63,768 bases of DNA, filler included, from Lenisia limosa (GCA_001655205.1; 18 parts of 18 records of this genome joined end to end with filler, not necessarily neighbours in it); one strand, 5' to 3'. Shown: positions 1 to 14,542, counted from the whole stretch's first letter. Notes: generated from the letters alone by a model not told the origin. Program-made: numbers and translations.

Positions 1-1185
1 AAGATCTGCACTAGGGGCTAAACAACGAAAAAAAATGGGAATATCGCCAGTCCGAACATTCTCAAGAGTATTATAACATTTTTTTTTTGCAATATTCTTT
101 GTTTTGTCTCACGGCCGACGCTTCTTCTCAGAGGATAACATGTCGAAATGATGAACATGAAGAAATTTACGAATTTAAACGACTAAAAATTGGAAGTATA
201 CGGGTGGTGCGGTATAAAAAGGGGAGGAATAAGAGGCGAAGAATGTAACCAAAATACGGCATACTTGGAAGCGGTGCATTGTGGACGTGTTTACCTGCTG
301 AGGATGAGGTCACTACACGGTTAGGAGCAAGTGTCAATAAATGGGAGTAAAATTAGACAATTTATGAACAAAAAAAGGCCAAAACCAACTCTGTTGGGGG
401 GAGCAATATTTTAAATTAGGAGGGAATGAAAATGTGAAAAAAGCAAATGGATACAAATTATTATAATTATTATTATTATTGTAATAATAGAATATGAAAA
501 CAAAAATAACACCAGCGCTTACGGGAAAAGGGTTTGAAGGACGTGGGGGGAGGGGCTAAAGGAGAGTCCCCCGTAAGTTGATGGATTGTTATCTGGTCCC
601 ACCGTGTGGACCATAGGAGCTGGAATGTGAGATAATGCACACGGGGTGTTATAGTCGCTGATCTTTATGATCCTAGTTTCAATAGGGTAAATGAAGGATT
701 CAATAGTTAAGGAAGATAGAAAAGACCACCTGACAGTTCAATGAAAGGAAATCATGGGGTGATGAAGGGTATTCGTATATATGTACAGTATATATACATA
801 AAAAAAGGGGGTTAGAGGGCAGAGAGTAATAAACCGGAGTACAATAGAAATCAAAGGAAACCAAATCACCTCCTATGCTCCCTGAGTATTATGCGGCAGT
901 TTAAGCTGGAAAATAGACATATTATACAGAGGACTCCCCCGGGTGTAAATAGGGCCAAGAAGACCAGAAACATACGGATTGCCACCAATGATATGTCATA
1001 CCCGAATTAAATACAAATGTAGACCCATGCATATGAACGTCTTTAAAGTAGAAATGATAAAACTGGGTGTATTAGAGAGACTTATTTAGATTTATTGGTT
1101 AATTTTCAAACGAGTGGATATGAGTTATCATGCACTGTGTGATAAAAGAGTGAAGAAGATACAAGAAGTGATATGTTGTGCTTAC

Positions 1186-1345
1186 ATTTGAGGTGATCGC
1201 GGACGTGATGTGCTTCTTCAGCGCGGCAGAAGCGATCTCCTTCTTATTGGCAGGGCAACTGGAGGGTGAGAGAAGGCAGAGGCGCCTACTCTCGAAACAC
1301 TCGCTCCGTGAGCTTCTTGAGGCTGGGAGGCCAAGCATCGCTCAT
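1186..1345 (-). CDS. 5' exons of a spliced gene, N-terminus resembling LENG8/THP3 (SAC3-family) proteins
   Basis: ATG at 1345 and a 31-nt GT-AG intron give MSDAWPPSLKKLTERVFRDCPANKKEIASAALKKHITSAITSN, then a GTAAGC donor; WPxSLKxxxERxF recalls the LENG8/Thp3 N-terminal motif. Downstream exons not resolved. Confidence 0.35.
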
Positions 1346-2548
1346 TTTAGGCTAAAATCGGGCAAATAAGATTAAATCCAATGTTATGCTTGCGTTAGAG
1401 GTCCATACGGCAGCTGCGCGGCGAAAAAGCAGGAAACTGTGTTGTAAGTTTCTCTTCTAAATTAAGTAAAACTCTGCTTAACCTTTTAGAATTTTAAAAT
1501 GCAATTATGCCAAGGATTAGCTGAGGATTAGAGGTCTCATTTTTCCAAATTCACAATTTTGGGCTAGACGCGTTATTCCGAACCCCCAGGTTCCTAAGCA
1601 ATAAAATTCTCGAAACTTGGCCCTTTCGCACACATCTACCTCCCTAAACAGATTTATTTTCAATTAATCTAGTTTTTAATAACATAACTAAATGGAGTTA
1701 GCTCACAGCCCTTGTGCCCCTTGTCACTGGTCCTTCCTTCAAGCCTGAACCTTCAACCGTACGTCTCAAATATTAATAATAAGAGTATTTTAGAATATCG
1801 GTGCTTCAGGCAAAAAAAAACAAAGCAATAAATCACCACACGAAAAAGTTCGAAAAACCATGTAAACATTAGTCGTAACCGTTTGCCACATCATACCATT
1901 TCCATATCCATATCCCTATAAATACAGCAATAATCATATCAATATGCATATTATAACAAAGCTCACAAACCAAAATCACGTGAGGTTTTACCATATTTCA
2001 AACCATAGAGCTTCTCGTCCGTTTGCTCTTTCCGCATCTTGAAATATTTAAGTCTAGCAATGATGGTCCCCTAATTGTCTTTAATATTGCCATGTTTGTG
2101 GAGGCCTTGCTCAATCCGACCCTGATACCAACAGACAAATAGTTTTGAAACACTGCCATATGGTAAGTATAAAGTCAAATCAACAATGTTTAGTCAAAAA
2201 CACCTTCCCCCAAAAGCGCCTTAATACTGTCGGGTGATCTTGGTAGTGTTCTCCATGGAAACTCACAGCATCTCTCCTGCTTCTTAAATGACCACTCCAC
2301 TGTCCAGAAACTGCTCTTTGACATCCTCAGAGTAGTACAAGTTTGAGAGATTGTTTTGGATTGTAATTTACATTTTAGAGTATTTTTTTTATAGCGCACT
2401 TCTTGTTTTCAATACACTTCTACTAGCATACCTAGATCTTCACTTTTGATCCAATACTTGTTTATTTATCAATATTTTAGATGGATTGATCGAGAATTAA
2501 GGCATTGTTGGAACCGAAAGTGAAGTACTAACGTGACCGCATTTCTAC

Positions 2549-2790
2549 TTGGACAGCTTTTTTAGCTTATGTGATCATTTCCTACTTATTACACGCGTTC
2601 GGGACATCCAAGACATGGTGCATGTTGACCTAAAGCCCTCCAATGTGTTCCTTGAGAAGGTATGGCCATCATTCTTTTTATTCACGTTATTCAAAATATG
2701 GATTTCAAATCAGCAGCAATTATGGGGAATACGACCAGACCAGAATCTGACTTAAGAACCTCGGAACAGCAAAACATTATAAAAATTGAC
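2549..2790 (+). pseudogene. decayed protein-kinase fragment
   Basis: Catalytic-loop-like MVHVDLKPSNVFLEK followed by a GTATGG donor; NLGTAKHY at the DFG position in the next segment; no intact frame around it. Confidence 0.4.
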
Positions 2791-4473
2791 TGATTCCAAA
2801 AATATTTGAATTTATGATTATTCAGCAATATTTAATTTGTGAGTAACCTAAAAATCAATTCTTTATCATAATATGCCAAGTGAAAAGGCTAACCATCTGT
2901 TAAATTTTCACAAGGTATGCATGTTTTTATAAAACAATGGAATAACAACTTTGACTAATATATATTGATATTTCATAATTTCAAATAATATACACAAATA
3001 TACAAGTGACATCCAAGGCCGTCTACATCAGCATTCTCCTCTGACGTAAAGCTGCTCGTTTTGACTGCCCTTTATTCTAAATTGGTTAGCTGTCCTATAT
3101 AAATATAATTAGTTTTTCATTTTGGTTCAAAATGACAGGATTTATCTATAAATCTTTGACAAATACAAATATCATTACTCTATCGGTCGTGTAAGAAACC
3201 AGATTGAAGCCTAACATATATTTCGTGAAATTAAACAAAATAAAATTGGGCAAATAAGCAATCAAAGAGCAGAGTACGGCAACCATTCTTGCGACAACTT
3301 TGTACTTTGCAGGAGTTAACACTAAAAATAGAAGTTAATTATAATCCAGAACATTTGCCTTCTCCTGAACGAATCTTGCAAAAATGATCATTGGTCGTTA
3401 TTGATGAAGTTTACCACACAATTATCATTTACGTTGTTGTGTTGCTGTCAAAGTTTCCCTACATAATACAACACTTTTTGTATCCTATTTCCCACTTAAG
3501 CTTCTGGAGGGAAAGTTAGAGTAGCTCTGATAGATTCTATTATTGTTGACATTCCAGTTTTGGTAAGATCTGGTTAAATTTTTCAGTAATATTATTTGTT
3601 TTGGGTTAATTGAGCAATTATTCCCAATTCGCAATACCGTATACTTGTTGTTTCTGTTCTCGATTAGAGCATTTGGTTAGAGATATCAGATGAGGAGTAT
3701 TCACCGCAATATCATCTTGAAAATGAACTAATATTGAGATCTCCTCTCTGTAGTCTCTTTTAGCTGGTTTTTCACATCCCATACTAAGCAATTTAGAATG
3801 ATTTGGATGTTTTCAACTTCTCAAAATAAGTCTATTACTCTTCAATGGTGTTTTCCAAAATGACCAGAGCGGTAAAGTGGTGGGTTGGGGGCGTTAAACT
3901 TTAAACTTGTAATATTTTTACTCTCTGCAATGCGAGTTTTAAATTTGACAACCTATTTCTGCATTACCCAACCATATGTTATTTACAAATGGTTTTAGAC
4001 CTAACATCATTAAGGCGTTAGATATATATAAAAAACGCGACACACTGGTCAAAGGAATATTAGGTTGGAAAGACGTATTTCATCTGCTTGAAGACAGGCA
4101 ATCTCCATTACGTGGGGCAAGTGGTCTTCCGCTACCCCTTCTCTTCACTGTCTTATTTTCACAATTTTGCCCCCGTTGCAAATATTTAGCTCATAGAAGA
4201 TTCCCTTTTTATGTTTTACCATTTGATTTTACGGATTGTATAACAAAAAGGATTGCAGAAAGGTGTTTAAAGACTCAAACAAAAATGGTGGATAAGCGTA
4301 TTTGAATATTCTGCGGAGTTAATATGGTTGGAGAAGGGTATTTGAATAAGCAGCAGAGTTAAAATGGTTGGGGTCACAGTGCCATTCAATTCCAATCCCA
4401 GTACCCCCAACAAACTTCCAAAGAAGGGGAGCCGCAAGGACAAGGAGAAATACAGTCAATTGTAGCAAAGTGT

Positions 4474-4925
4474 AAGCTCAAATTGGGAAATGGTATTTTA
4501 TTGTTCGTCGCCAAACTCCTGAAATTACTCTTTCCTGGTTTCATAGAGGGTGACAATTCCGTACATGAGCCGTTACAGTCTGCTTTCAACTAGTTGAGTT
4601 GCTTGAATGCAGCTCAAATGGGGTGATAAACTTTATCTAAAACTAAATACAGGCGAGAGACCGATAGCGAACAAGTGTGAGGGAAAGATGAAAAGAGCTT
4701 TGAAAAGAGAGTTAAAAGTACCTGAAATTGTTAGCAGGGAAGCGAAGGAACCAAGTCTAGCCTTAGGCTTAGGCGGTGGCTTCGGTCGTGGTATGGTCTG
4801 GAGTTGGCGGTGTAATGCCGTGGTTTGGGCTGTATTCAGAAGTATGTCACTGTTTTGCCTGTTTAGTGGATTGGGTTGGATGTTTTCGCTTCTCCTCTTA
4901 ACATGAACAGAAACGTATGCAACGT
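4474..4925 (+). rRNA. isolated, degenerate LSU (28S) rRNA 5' fragment (D1-D2 region), probably a pseudogene
   Basis: LSU landmarks in the correct order: AAGCTCAAATT, TCATAGAGGGTGACAATTCCGT, GAATGCAGCTCAAATGGG, GGCGAGAGACCGATAGCGAACAAG, GAGGGAAAGATGAAAAG, TTTGAAAAGAGAGTTAAAAGTACCTGAAATTG, GGGAAGCG. The conserved AAGTACCGTGAGGG is reduced to AAGTGTGAGGG; no 5.8S upstream and no D3 core downstream. 3' boundary approximate. Confidence 0.75.
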
Positions 4926-7413
4926 GTCGAGGCTGGCAAATCGAGCACGGTCGTCACCTTGGACCAAAACGCTCAGCAGAAAAGTTTGAGGGGGGAGTGA
5001 GTGCTTTGTGAATGTTGGGCTGGCAAATGTTAGTCTGCTGCAATGTCAGGGATTCAACACTACTTTATAATTCTTTAAAGAACCACCCTGAGTTGATAAG
5101 TTGGTTAAAGAAGATCCTAACTCCTCTAATTCAATTAGACAAAAAACCAATAAGGTAACAGTCTTCCTACCCTGTTGAGTTTTGTCGTTCGTAGGATGGA
5201 CGTTCATTGTCACTGAGTATAACGCGTCTGAGTCTATGCGCGAAATGATCAACTCAGATCACGTTTTCAAGAAGCAGAATATGAGTAAGTCAAGATGGAG
5301 GAGGTTTGGTCTTAGTTACCTTCCCAGGAGAGAAAAATAAACTTCAAAAAGTATGCAAAGAACAAGATGGAAGGTCGCCCAGTGGAGGAAGGGACGAAAA
5401 GGTTGATGCGTCTGTCGTCAGTCTTCCACTCTGCTTGGAAAGGAACAAATTTCAACTTCAACTTCTCAATATGAGAAGTATTCTAGAATCCTCAAGCTTG
5501 TTGGTGATTATTATAAGAAGGTCAAGCATATTGTTATGAAACGAATCAGTTCTTTAAAAAGGCGAAACTGCGTGAGCAGGATGCTCTCAAGAAAAAATAC
5601 CACCGCTGCTCAAGGACTTTTCGTGGTTCTCTCGACAACAACTTGGCGTTAACTCAGGATGGCAAGTGCTGGCACAATACCGTCACCTTTGGTCTCAAAC
5701 TCTTACTTTAGCTTTCTCCAAAAATTGTCCATGTTGTTTGTTTTCAATAATATCTTGATGTGATATTTATCTATGTTAGTTTGCTACTTGTGTAAGAATG
5801 GTTTCGAAATAAAATTGGTAAAAAAATTGAAAATTACACAGCATCTAGAAAAATATCTTACTTCAAAAATAAAACATAGTCAAATGAAATTTGAGAATGA
5901 TAAAATGAGAACACAGAATAATGAGAACACAGAAATAAAATTGTTTATTGAGATCACACTTGGAATTATATACTACTATGATAGAATGAAGGTACTTGTG
6001 ATTCATCTAGAGTCACTTGATGTAATGATAGAGTAACTTACAGAGATATGGTAATTTTGAACAGGGCGGCCTTTCTTTGAAGGTCGAATATCTTGAGGAG
6101 TTTCCTGAATGTTTATTAATATAACCAGAATATTTGAGGTGAAGTATAATATTATTTGTTGTTTATATATTAACTATTATTAATTTACGTCGTTGATCTA
6201 AAGAATTTCTCATTTGACGGGATATACATACATACATAAATTTTATATTACCCACTAAAAAGGTATTCTGATTTGATTGGAAAAGAGAAAATGGAATTTA
6301 TATCTTGATAAGGAATTATTTCAACAGCAATGCCACATTTATCTACCATATTTTTTCCCAAAATGACACTTTGGTGTTCTCATAGTTATATTTTACAGCA
6401 GTTAAATGGTGTCTTTTTGTAAAATCCAAACATACCCATTCTGGAGGGTAGTTGGTATGCCTATTTTCACTATAACCCTTCCAATCAGGCGCGGGAGTTG
6501 GAGATGACTAAATTATCAGATATGATATATCAACATTGTAAAGTGCATGTTAAAATATTCAAGAAGGCATTACGGGAATGCTTATTATAATCATAACAAT
6601 ATATGATGGGCAAAATTACATACCGATTAATTATGTCCCAAAGTGGTTGCTTCGCTTCCATTTGGGCCATTTTACCAGTAAGTAATTTTTGGTATGCTGT
6701 AATATGTGCGCATCCTATATTATTTATTATATTATATTTCCTACTTCCATTGAATAGTGAGAATGTTTCCATTCTTCGGGACTTGGTGAAGGCGAAAATT
6801 GTTGAACTAAGTTGTAAAACAAAACAAAATGCCATAAAACTACCTGGTTATTGCGTATATGTACAATCCAATATGAAGGACAACTAACGGTTTTGCTTCT
6901 GAAGCTTAGCATGAGTCCACATCAGCTGAGTAGAAGGCGAAGGAGTAGGGCTATCCAGGGACATTGGCATCATACCCCAGGCAGGGCGACTTCTAGTGTC
7001 GTTAGCGGGTTCCTAGTATATCTTCACTTCGGTGTGGAAAATACAGGGAAAATATCGATCGTTTTGAGGATTTATCGGTTCCACGTTTTTCGAACCGAAG
7101 TGATTGGCTAATTATTAATTGAGTACAGTTGGCTAAATCAAGGAGAACATTATTGATCTATTATTATTAAATATGATGTAGCATGTAAATGTTTGTACGC
7201 GTATGGATTTCATATAGACTTCTTACAGTTGAGGCCTTGGTGAAATGGATTGGGTACTTCTTGGGCCTCTTCTATAAGCTGTTGTTGATTCAGTGTCCTA
7301 GACAGTCATAGAATGTTGAATACTTTAAACAGCCAATTTTGAACATTTAGACCCGATATAATTTGCGTAGAAGTAAAGAAAGATCTTAATAGATATTAAG
7401 CAATATAATGCAC

Positions 7414-10400
7414 TCATGATCCTATTGTGCAAACTGAAGATTCTGGTGATAACTCCTGTCTAATGAACCGCGGTGCATGTTCTCTGTTGTGAGTCTGATC
7501 GGTGTAGATTCTCCTATTTTTAGAGTAACGTTGTGTCTCAGTTCCGAGATAGTTGTCTCTGTGATTGTGAGATTGCCTCTTCTTTGGTTTGACTGTTGTG
7601 AAAGAAGGCTCTGGTTCCTGGTGATTCGAGCGATGATTTCGGGGGTTGTGCATTTGTCGCGGTTTTGGAATGGGTTCCCTCAGTTTTAGTTGGGCTGAGT
7701 ATGGAGGGGAGACAGATTCATTTTGAGGTGCTCGGTCAACTTGTTCCATTCTAAAACAGTGAGAATAACTGGTTTACTTTGTGTAAATGGAATACACTTG
7801 GAGAGCATTTACCAACCTTCTTCCTGAATGTGTTCTTAATTTTGGGTGTTGTTTCTAAAGAATAAAGAAAGCATGAATTACAGAAGCATAGTGTTGTATA
7901 AATGCAAAAGCATCAAATCAAAGTGAAGCCATATTCAAAACTATAACTAAGCACTCCAACCTTGACATTATCTGCTTTTTGCATTGCCGTTTTTGGTGGA
8001 AGCTCCATTTGGGTGGTCTAAAGGATTAGGTTACGGATTGAAAAACAAATTTACCACAAATGGACACTATTTAATATGTAAACATCCCGGCAATGTACTC
8101 TGAAAACCATTTAAATTACCATAGTGTTGACCACTCAAACCTCTACAGACTCCACCTCCATGAAACTTCCTGGAGATTTCCAATGATCTGATTGGAGGTC
8201 TACGATACTAGCTGAGTCGGGCTCTTCGGATCCTTAAAGAGGTGAAAGATGTCGTTTTTGGAAGTAGCGAACTACAAAAATTTCATATGATATATGGTCT
8301 TAAAACACAAAAATGATATGAAATCTCAAAAATAACACTTTTATCCCTTCTGATTTTTTACATAGACGCTCAAACAATACCAACCCATTGTTAGGTGAGC
8401 TCAAAAAGGGAATGTCAATATTGAGATAGTATTGAAATATTTGTTGATCCAACTACAGAAATAGAGATATTTATTGTAGACTCATTCATTTTTGCTGAGC
8501 CCACTTATTAAGGACTTTTGGGGACTACTTGTTCTCGAATGCTCAAGGGGTGAAGTTGGTTTGTCTGCAAGTTGTACTGGAGGGGACCTGAAAATGATAT
8601 TTATGAGAAACAAAAACGATATGCTGTCAATTTTATTTTCTAAAGTCTTACTTTTCAAATTTGAAGAGGTCTTCATCATTTTCAGAAATTTGTGGGGAGT
8701 CCTCTTTTGCTTCCACTTCTTCTTCAATTGGCTTAATGGAATCCTGGTATGCCCGAAGTTGTTCAAAGATCTAATGAGGTTAATATCATAGACAATATAT
8801 TTTACAGTTTTGAAAAGAAGACAAGCAGCAAATCTTTGTCCCCATACAAAAATATCGCTCCACCAAACCTGGACTTGGAGAGACTTGGGGTCGGAGTCTT
8901 CCATCCATTCGGCAACAGCTAAGTGTCCGCTTCTGAGTGTTTAAGATAATATCATGTTTATTAATGCGGTTTATCAGAAAAACAAAAGGTTTTTTCATGA
9001 ATATTCCTGGTAGTATGATTTTACCATAATATGAATCCGTAAGGATGATATTTTTAGTCTGATATCAGCATGTTAACAATTCATATTCAAGAAATATAAC
9101 AATCTTGTTTCCTACTTTTTACAAGCGGAAATAGGGGTTTCACCTTCATTGTCTGTTTGTTCCAAGCCTTTGCGAGGTTCCCCAAAAAGAAAATGTTTGA
9201 TCTACAAAGGCAGTGAGAGGAAGCATTGAATTTTGAATTAATTAATGGCATTGTGTTCCATCATACAATATTGATTTTGCCCTGGATTGCAGCCCAATGA
9301 AGCGCAGTTCTCCCTCGGTTGTCTTTGTCAAGTGCCAAGGGCTGTTTCGAGGTAATAATATAACATGATAGGACATGAAATAGTTATGAATAACAAAGCA
9401 AGAACATTTTTTTTAATTTGTCCAAAGCTGCAAATTGGCACTATTTAGCTCAAATGTTAAAAAAATCACAATAAATACTTTATTGTATGATGCGGCGACA
9501 AGGTAGGCCACACAAATTTCGTGCCCGCTGTGTACAGCTAAATGGAGGGGGTTTACTCCTCGGTCATCCTATAATACATCACAAAGAATTCAACGAATCA
9601 AACCATGATGAATGGTATTTATTTAATAGTTTATAAAAATTCCACAATTAATCAAGTGAATTGGTTTATTTGCATCTTGACGCACCTTTGGAATGACAGT
9701 TGAGACAGTGTTCAGTATCAAACGGACACATTCTATTCTTCCTTCTTCTGCTGCCTATTTCGTCATTGATTAAGAAATGTTTTCCTGTTAGCAAAATGGA
9801 GATAGTTAGTACTGGCCCATCGGTGTGATACTAGAGACTAAGAGTAGTTTCTATTTATACAATAACATAGAAGTGTTCAAATGATTTAAAAATGCACTGA
9901 CATACCTAAGACCTCGATACAAGCTAGCTCTTCCAAATATTAATGTTCAGGAATTTGTTTAAATATTAAAAGAGTAAGGATCTCTGTTTGACAATGACGT
10001 GATCAGAATATTGACACTGTATTTTTATTTAAAAAGCCGATATTGTAATAAACATACCAGGTGTAAAGGACTGTAACCATGTCCGTCCTCAACATCAAGT
10101 TTGACCTCACAGTATTCCCACAGCCTGGATGGGAGTAAATTTGATTATTGGAGTGTATGACACAGATAACAAAACAACACTCCCAATTGATACTAATGAT
10201 GAAATACAGACAGCAAGCTCTTTAAATTATTTATTTATCACAGAAAAAATCCAATTATACAAATCCAAGTAATAATATATATTTATTTTATCAATATGCC
10301 AAACCATATAAGTGGATATCATGTACCAAACACATCCCGCTAACCATTTGAGTGTAGCCATATGTCCTGCATAAGCCGCGTAGTGAGCTGGAGTTCTTCC

Positions 10401-11510
10401 GAATTGGTCCCTAGATTCCACTGCACTCGGTCGGATTTCTTGAAGAGCCCTGGGTTTACTGTTAAACTGAAACAATTGCTTGATGAGATCCTTTTTTTTA
10501 TTGCTAAACTGAGCATATTTCATAAAGAGATCTGGGTCCATTATTCAACTGAAAGAATCTATCATTCTTTTATTATCTGCTAGTTTTTAAACAAACGTTA
10601 TGACTATAAAACTGTCAAACGTGACTAACCGGAGTACATTAGTGTGTCCAGCTAGCGCTGCTAGGTGACTGGCCGTAAATCCTACGGCGTTATTTTGTGT
10701 GTTATGCAATTGAAAGTGGGTTTAAGGAACGAAATGATTGTCACTGCATTATAAATATCATAAATTTAGAGTTATTAGTGTTCTACTAAAGTAGTATCTC
10801 AAATACTATTATTTAACATACCCGAATTTGTCAATGCGTCTGAAATCTCTGGGCAGGTTGCAACAATAAATCTGTGATTATCAATAATAAATAACTGTTA
10901 ATTGAGAATTTATTTTCAAATATGGGTTTTGAGTTCTTCTGAAGAAATGTAATTACATATGGTTGAAAACTATTTTGTTGTTGTTCAAGCGTACCGTACT
11001 AAATCAGCGTGACCGTTGTTAGCAGCATGGTGAATGCAGTTGTATCCCTCGCTATCCTTGACTTCTCTCATATCTTCATACTCTAAAGTAGTTAATATAA
11101 TGGCTATAATGGTTCCTGTAAACCTTCAATGAGCATTTTCACAACGCTAAGATGGCCAAAAGAGGCAGCATAATGAATAGCATGTCGTCCGCTCTGAATA
11201 AATTAACAAGATAATTTGGAATGTATTAACATGCATTTCATCTCACTTGTATTGAATGGTAGGGGTCTGCACCACTTTCGATCAGCATTTGAAGGCATTC
11301 CAATGAACCACTGAATGAATCAAACATTATTTTCCATTGACTACCACATATAGCACATCACAACAAATATTGTCACTCAATATACTAAATACAACTTTTA
11401 ACAGACACAACATGCCTATTGTCCTACCTGCCAGCTGCTCTGATCAATGGTGTCCCATTTTTGATATCCAGGCAGTTAATGTCAATTGCGCCTTGTGTAA
11501 GATAGAACTA
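7414..11510 (-). CDS. multi-exon ankyrin-repeat protein (about 9-10 repeats) with low-complexity C-terminus
   Basis: Successive short exons translate to ANK motifs: DINCLDIKNGTPLIRAA, GSLECLQMLIESGAD, GRHAIHYAASFGHLSVVKMLIE, GYNCIHHAANNGHADLVR, GFTASHLAALAGHTNVLR, FGRTPAHYAAYAGHMATLKWL, HGYSPLHL, RGVNPLHLAVHSGHEICVAYL, EGRTALHWAAIQGKINIV, EGETPISAC; GT-AG introns. Ends approximate. Confidence 0.75.
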
Positions 11511-11589
11511 GATGGTTATAAATATGAATTCTTATTACGATGTTATAAATATGAATTCTTATTATAATGTGATCATCACTGTAACATCC

Positions 11590-14542
11590 CTATTTCATGC
11601 TCTTTCCCATCCCACCTCAAGGTCTCCAGGAAGTTGGTTTGTGGAAGACTCATGAAGGGGGGTGGTGTCAATGATAATTGTGCGGAGCTTGTTGACAGGC
11701 TTTACAGTAAGTCATCAAAAATATAATGTATTAGTTGCATTATTCAAACAAACAAAGGGGGGATAAAAGGAGGGAAATTGATATTTGAAACAAAAAATGT
11801 TCCCAAAAATATATGCATGAAACATTTGGGTTCCCATCAATTTTTAGCAAGATACTCTCCTGAAACAAAAGATGTGTATACATAATGGATTATCTTCGAG
11901 AACTGTAATTGATATCATCTTACATGAAGCAGTTTGAGCAGTCCCGTATGATGAGACTTGACATCTGTTCCAACTAGGTTGCAAGTTTCAATGTCAGGAG
12001 AGTGGGACAGAAGGGTAATTATTGTGCCTAATTTGGTAAACAAAAGAACAAGGTAGCAAACCGATATGAAAGTTGCTGCATCCTTTGAGTGATAGAAACT
12101 TCAATGATGTATTGTGCTCTTCACCTATAAAGAATTAGGGTGTCAAAAAATCCGTTAAAATTGATAATTTTGTTCGACAATGTATTCCCCATGTGTCAGC
12201 AACCTACTATCTTGCATTTGAATTGTGAGTTTGCGTAGTCCAGAGTTGGACAAATTCAACCCTTCCAAATCAAGTGTATGGCGTCCTGAGACCATTATAT
12301 CTATCATCATTTGCTTCACAAGTGAAATAACAAGAACAATATGATATCTAATGATGAGCGTCTAATAATGAAATACTGAGATCTCCTCCATACTTGTCAA
12401 TGACAGGCAGACGGCAGAATATAGGCGTTTTGAGCATTTTGCCAGGCTTGCCAGTTGTTGTAACGGTAGCTTAGGAAGAAGGTTTTGAAGAACATCACTT
12501 GATAGGTTACCAAGACTGGTTTCTAGAAATGTGAGATCAATATTTGAGCTGAAATATTGTTTTACGAACTGACCTGTCTGTTTTTCTTGTCCTGAATGAC
12601 CAAGAACGTCAGAAAAGTCACTGTAGGGGGTCTGCCCTTCGTAAGCAGATGATGGGTATTCTGTTTGTGGTCTGTAATAGGTAAAAATTTATTGATTATT
12701 TCAGCAATCTACTTACGTTTCTAGAACTTGTGGGTAAAGAGGGGACTCAGCTTCCATGTAATCGGAAAATACATTATTCCATTGCTGCTTTGGTGGATTT
12801 GGTACCTAAAGGGAAACAGGGTGAGATGTTAAAAGGACAAAATCAACGTAGTTGGTAGTTTAGTCTTATTTCAACATTTAGCAAAAAGTCGACACAGTAA
12901 TTGAAATAACTTCCGATTTTTTATGTACACACGTTCTATCATCAAGAGAAATCATCATGTTCGCATCAAACTTTAACTATGGTCGAATGCACATCCTTGC
13001 CATGTAGGAAGGATTTGATATTTATGGTCATAGAGTTACCATTTATACACTGTCTAGCTTTTGAATACCATTTATTTGAAGAATACAAGCTTACATTATG
13101 TTCTTGTTCTTCTTGTTCCCTTTTTATTTTTTCGCTACACTTTTGTTGAATTGTTTCTTGGTCTTGCTCTGAAGAGTCAATGTTGAAAAGGAAATACTGA
13201 GGGACTTACTGTGGAGGAAAGCTCTGAGGAACTGAGCGGCGCTTGATTCTCCTTGCATTTCATAGAGGGCATTGAACAAATTCACTGTTGCCTCGTTTTG
13301 TATTGCCTGTATGCTTAGAATAAAAAAAGAAAAGTATTGGGAAATCATTATGGTGAAAATTCTCTGACCTGAAATGCAAGAACTTGCTCTGATTGCTGCG
13401 TCCATATTTTTTTGATTCTTTCCTTTGCCAGGTGTTTTGATGGCTCTGGTAATTTGACTTCCGGAGATTCCTTGACCCGAGTTTCAGGTTCTTCCAAGTA
13501 CTCCGTTTGGTAATCTTCTTGAATCCCGTGCCTAAGCGAATTACAAACCAACAATAATATGTATGTATAATTGTAAATCCACAATGCTGATTGAAATGAC
13601 AATCTAACCTGTTTTGACCAATGGTAAATTGAGGCATTTCGGGAATTGAGGTCTTTGATCGGACTTCTGAGTCTGTAAGTAAACAAATATATTAACAAAT
13701 ATGATGACAACACAGCAATAGTTCAAACCTTGTTTCTTGACTTCAGAATGTCGATGCTCTCGTGAAAACTTAGTAGTTGGGAAGGTCATAAAGCTGGACA
13801 TCAGGGGGAGAACAGATGAGGCTGATTTTAACTGCTTGGGTTCGAATGCAGGTTCAGCAGGTATCACTGGAGGTTCCTCAGGTGGCTCTTCAAAAGGTGG
13901 CAGAGGGGGTGGGAGAGTCGCATTTCTCTTCTTTGTGAGTCGTTTTGGTGGAGCTGGTGCTGAAGATTTGGCAGTTGACAAAAACGACGGCAGGACGAAT
14001 CGAGAAGTCGATTTCGATGACTTTGGAGTAGTTCTGCTGGAAGTACTGGGACGAGATTTGGTGAATACGCTTGATGAAGGTGTTGATGAAGTGGAAGAAA
14101 TTGGCAATAGGGATGGAACTGTTGGAGAAAGAAACTTTTGTGACACCGAATTTGCTTCAACCGAAGTGGATCTGCTTGAACTTGACTTCAATGATTCTGC
14201 TGGAGAGTTGACTATTTCAGTCAAAATGGGCATTGAAGGGGATGATGGAGGGGGTTCTTTTGAAGCAAACTCAGTCTGTTCAATAGATGGACTTGAAGAT
14301 GCCTCCATGAGAGGGACAGATGTGTCAAGTGAAAAGTCTTGTTGAACAGCTTCAGTTTCAGTGTCATGAACTTCTTCGACTTGAAGAGATGGACTTCTTG
14401 GACTTGCACTTGCGGGTTTCATTGTCACTTTCGGTGAATCACTCGGGTCTGTTAGTTGAACAGATGGAGGTGAATCGTTACCCATTATGTTTAGAACTGG
14501 GGAGGCTGCATCCGCCTCACCCGACGACGATGAGGGAACCAT
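11590..14542 (-). CDS. Ser/Pro-rich protein with F-box-like motif and leucine-rich repeats; may be continuous with the downstream ankyrin gene
   Basis: 312-aa S/P-rich first-exon ORF (13604-14542), then short exons including LGNLSSDVLQNLLPKLPLQQLASLAKCSKRLYSAV (F-box-like, ~12400-12520) and SLKFLSLKGCSNF (LRR-like, ~12070-12120). Confidence 0.55.

Noticed and set aside
4607-4906. 99-aa ORF MQLKWGDKLYL
   Set aside because: It is a chance translation of the LSU rRNA-derived sequence.
13737-14345. 202-aa plus-strand ORF
   Set aside because: Antisense shadow of the Ser/Pro-rich minus-strand exon.
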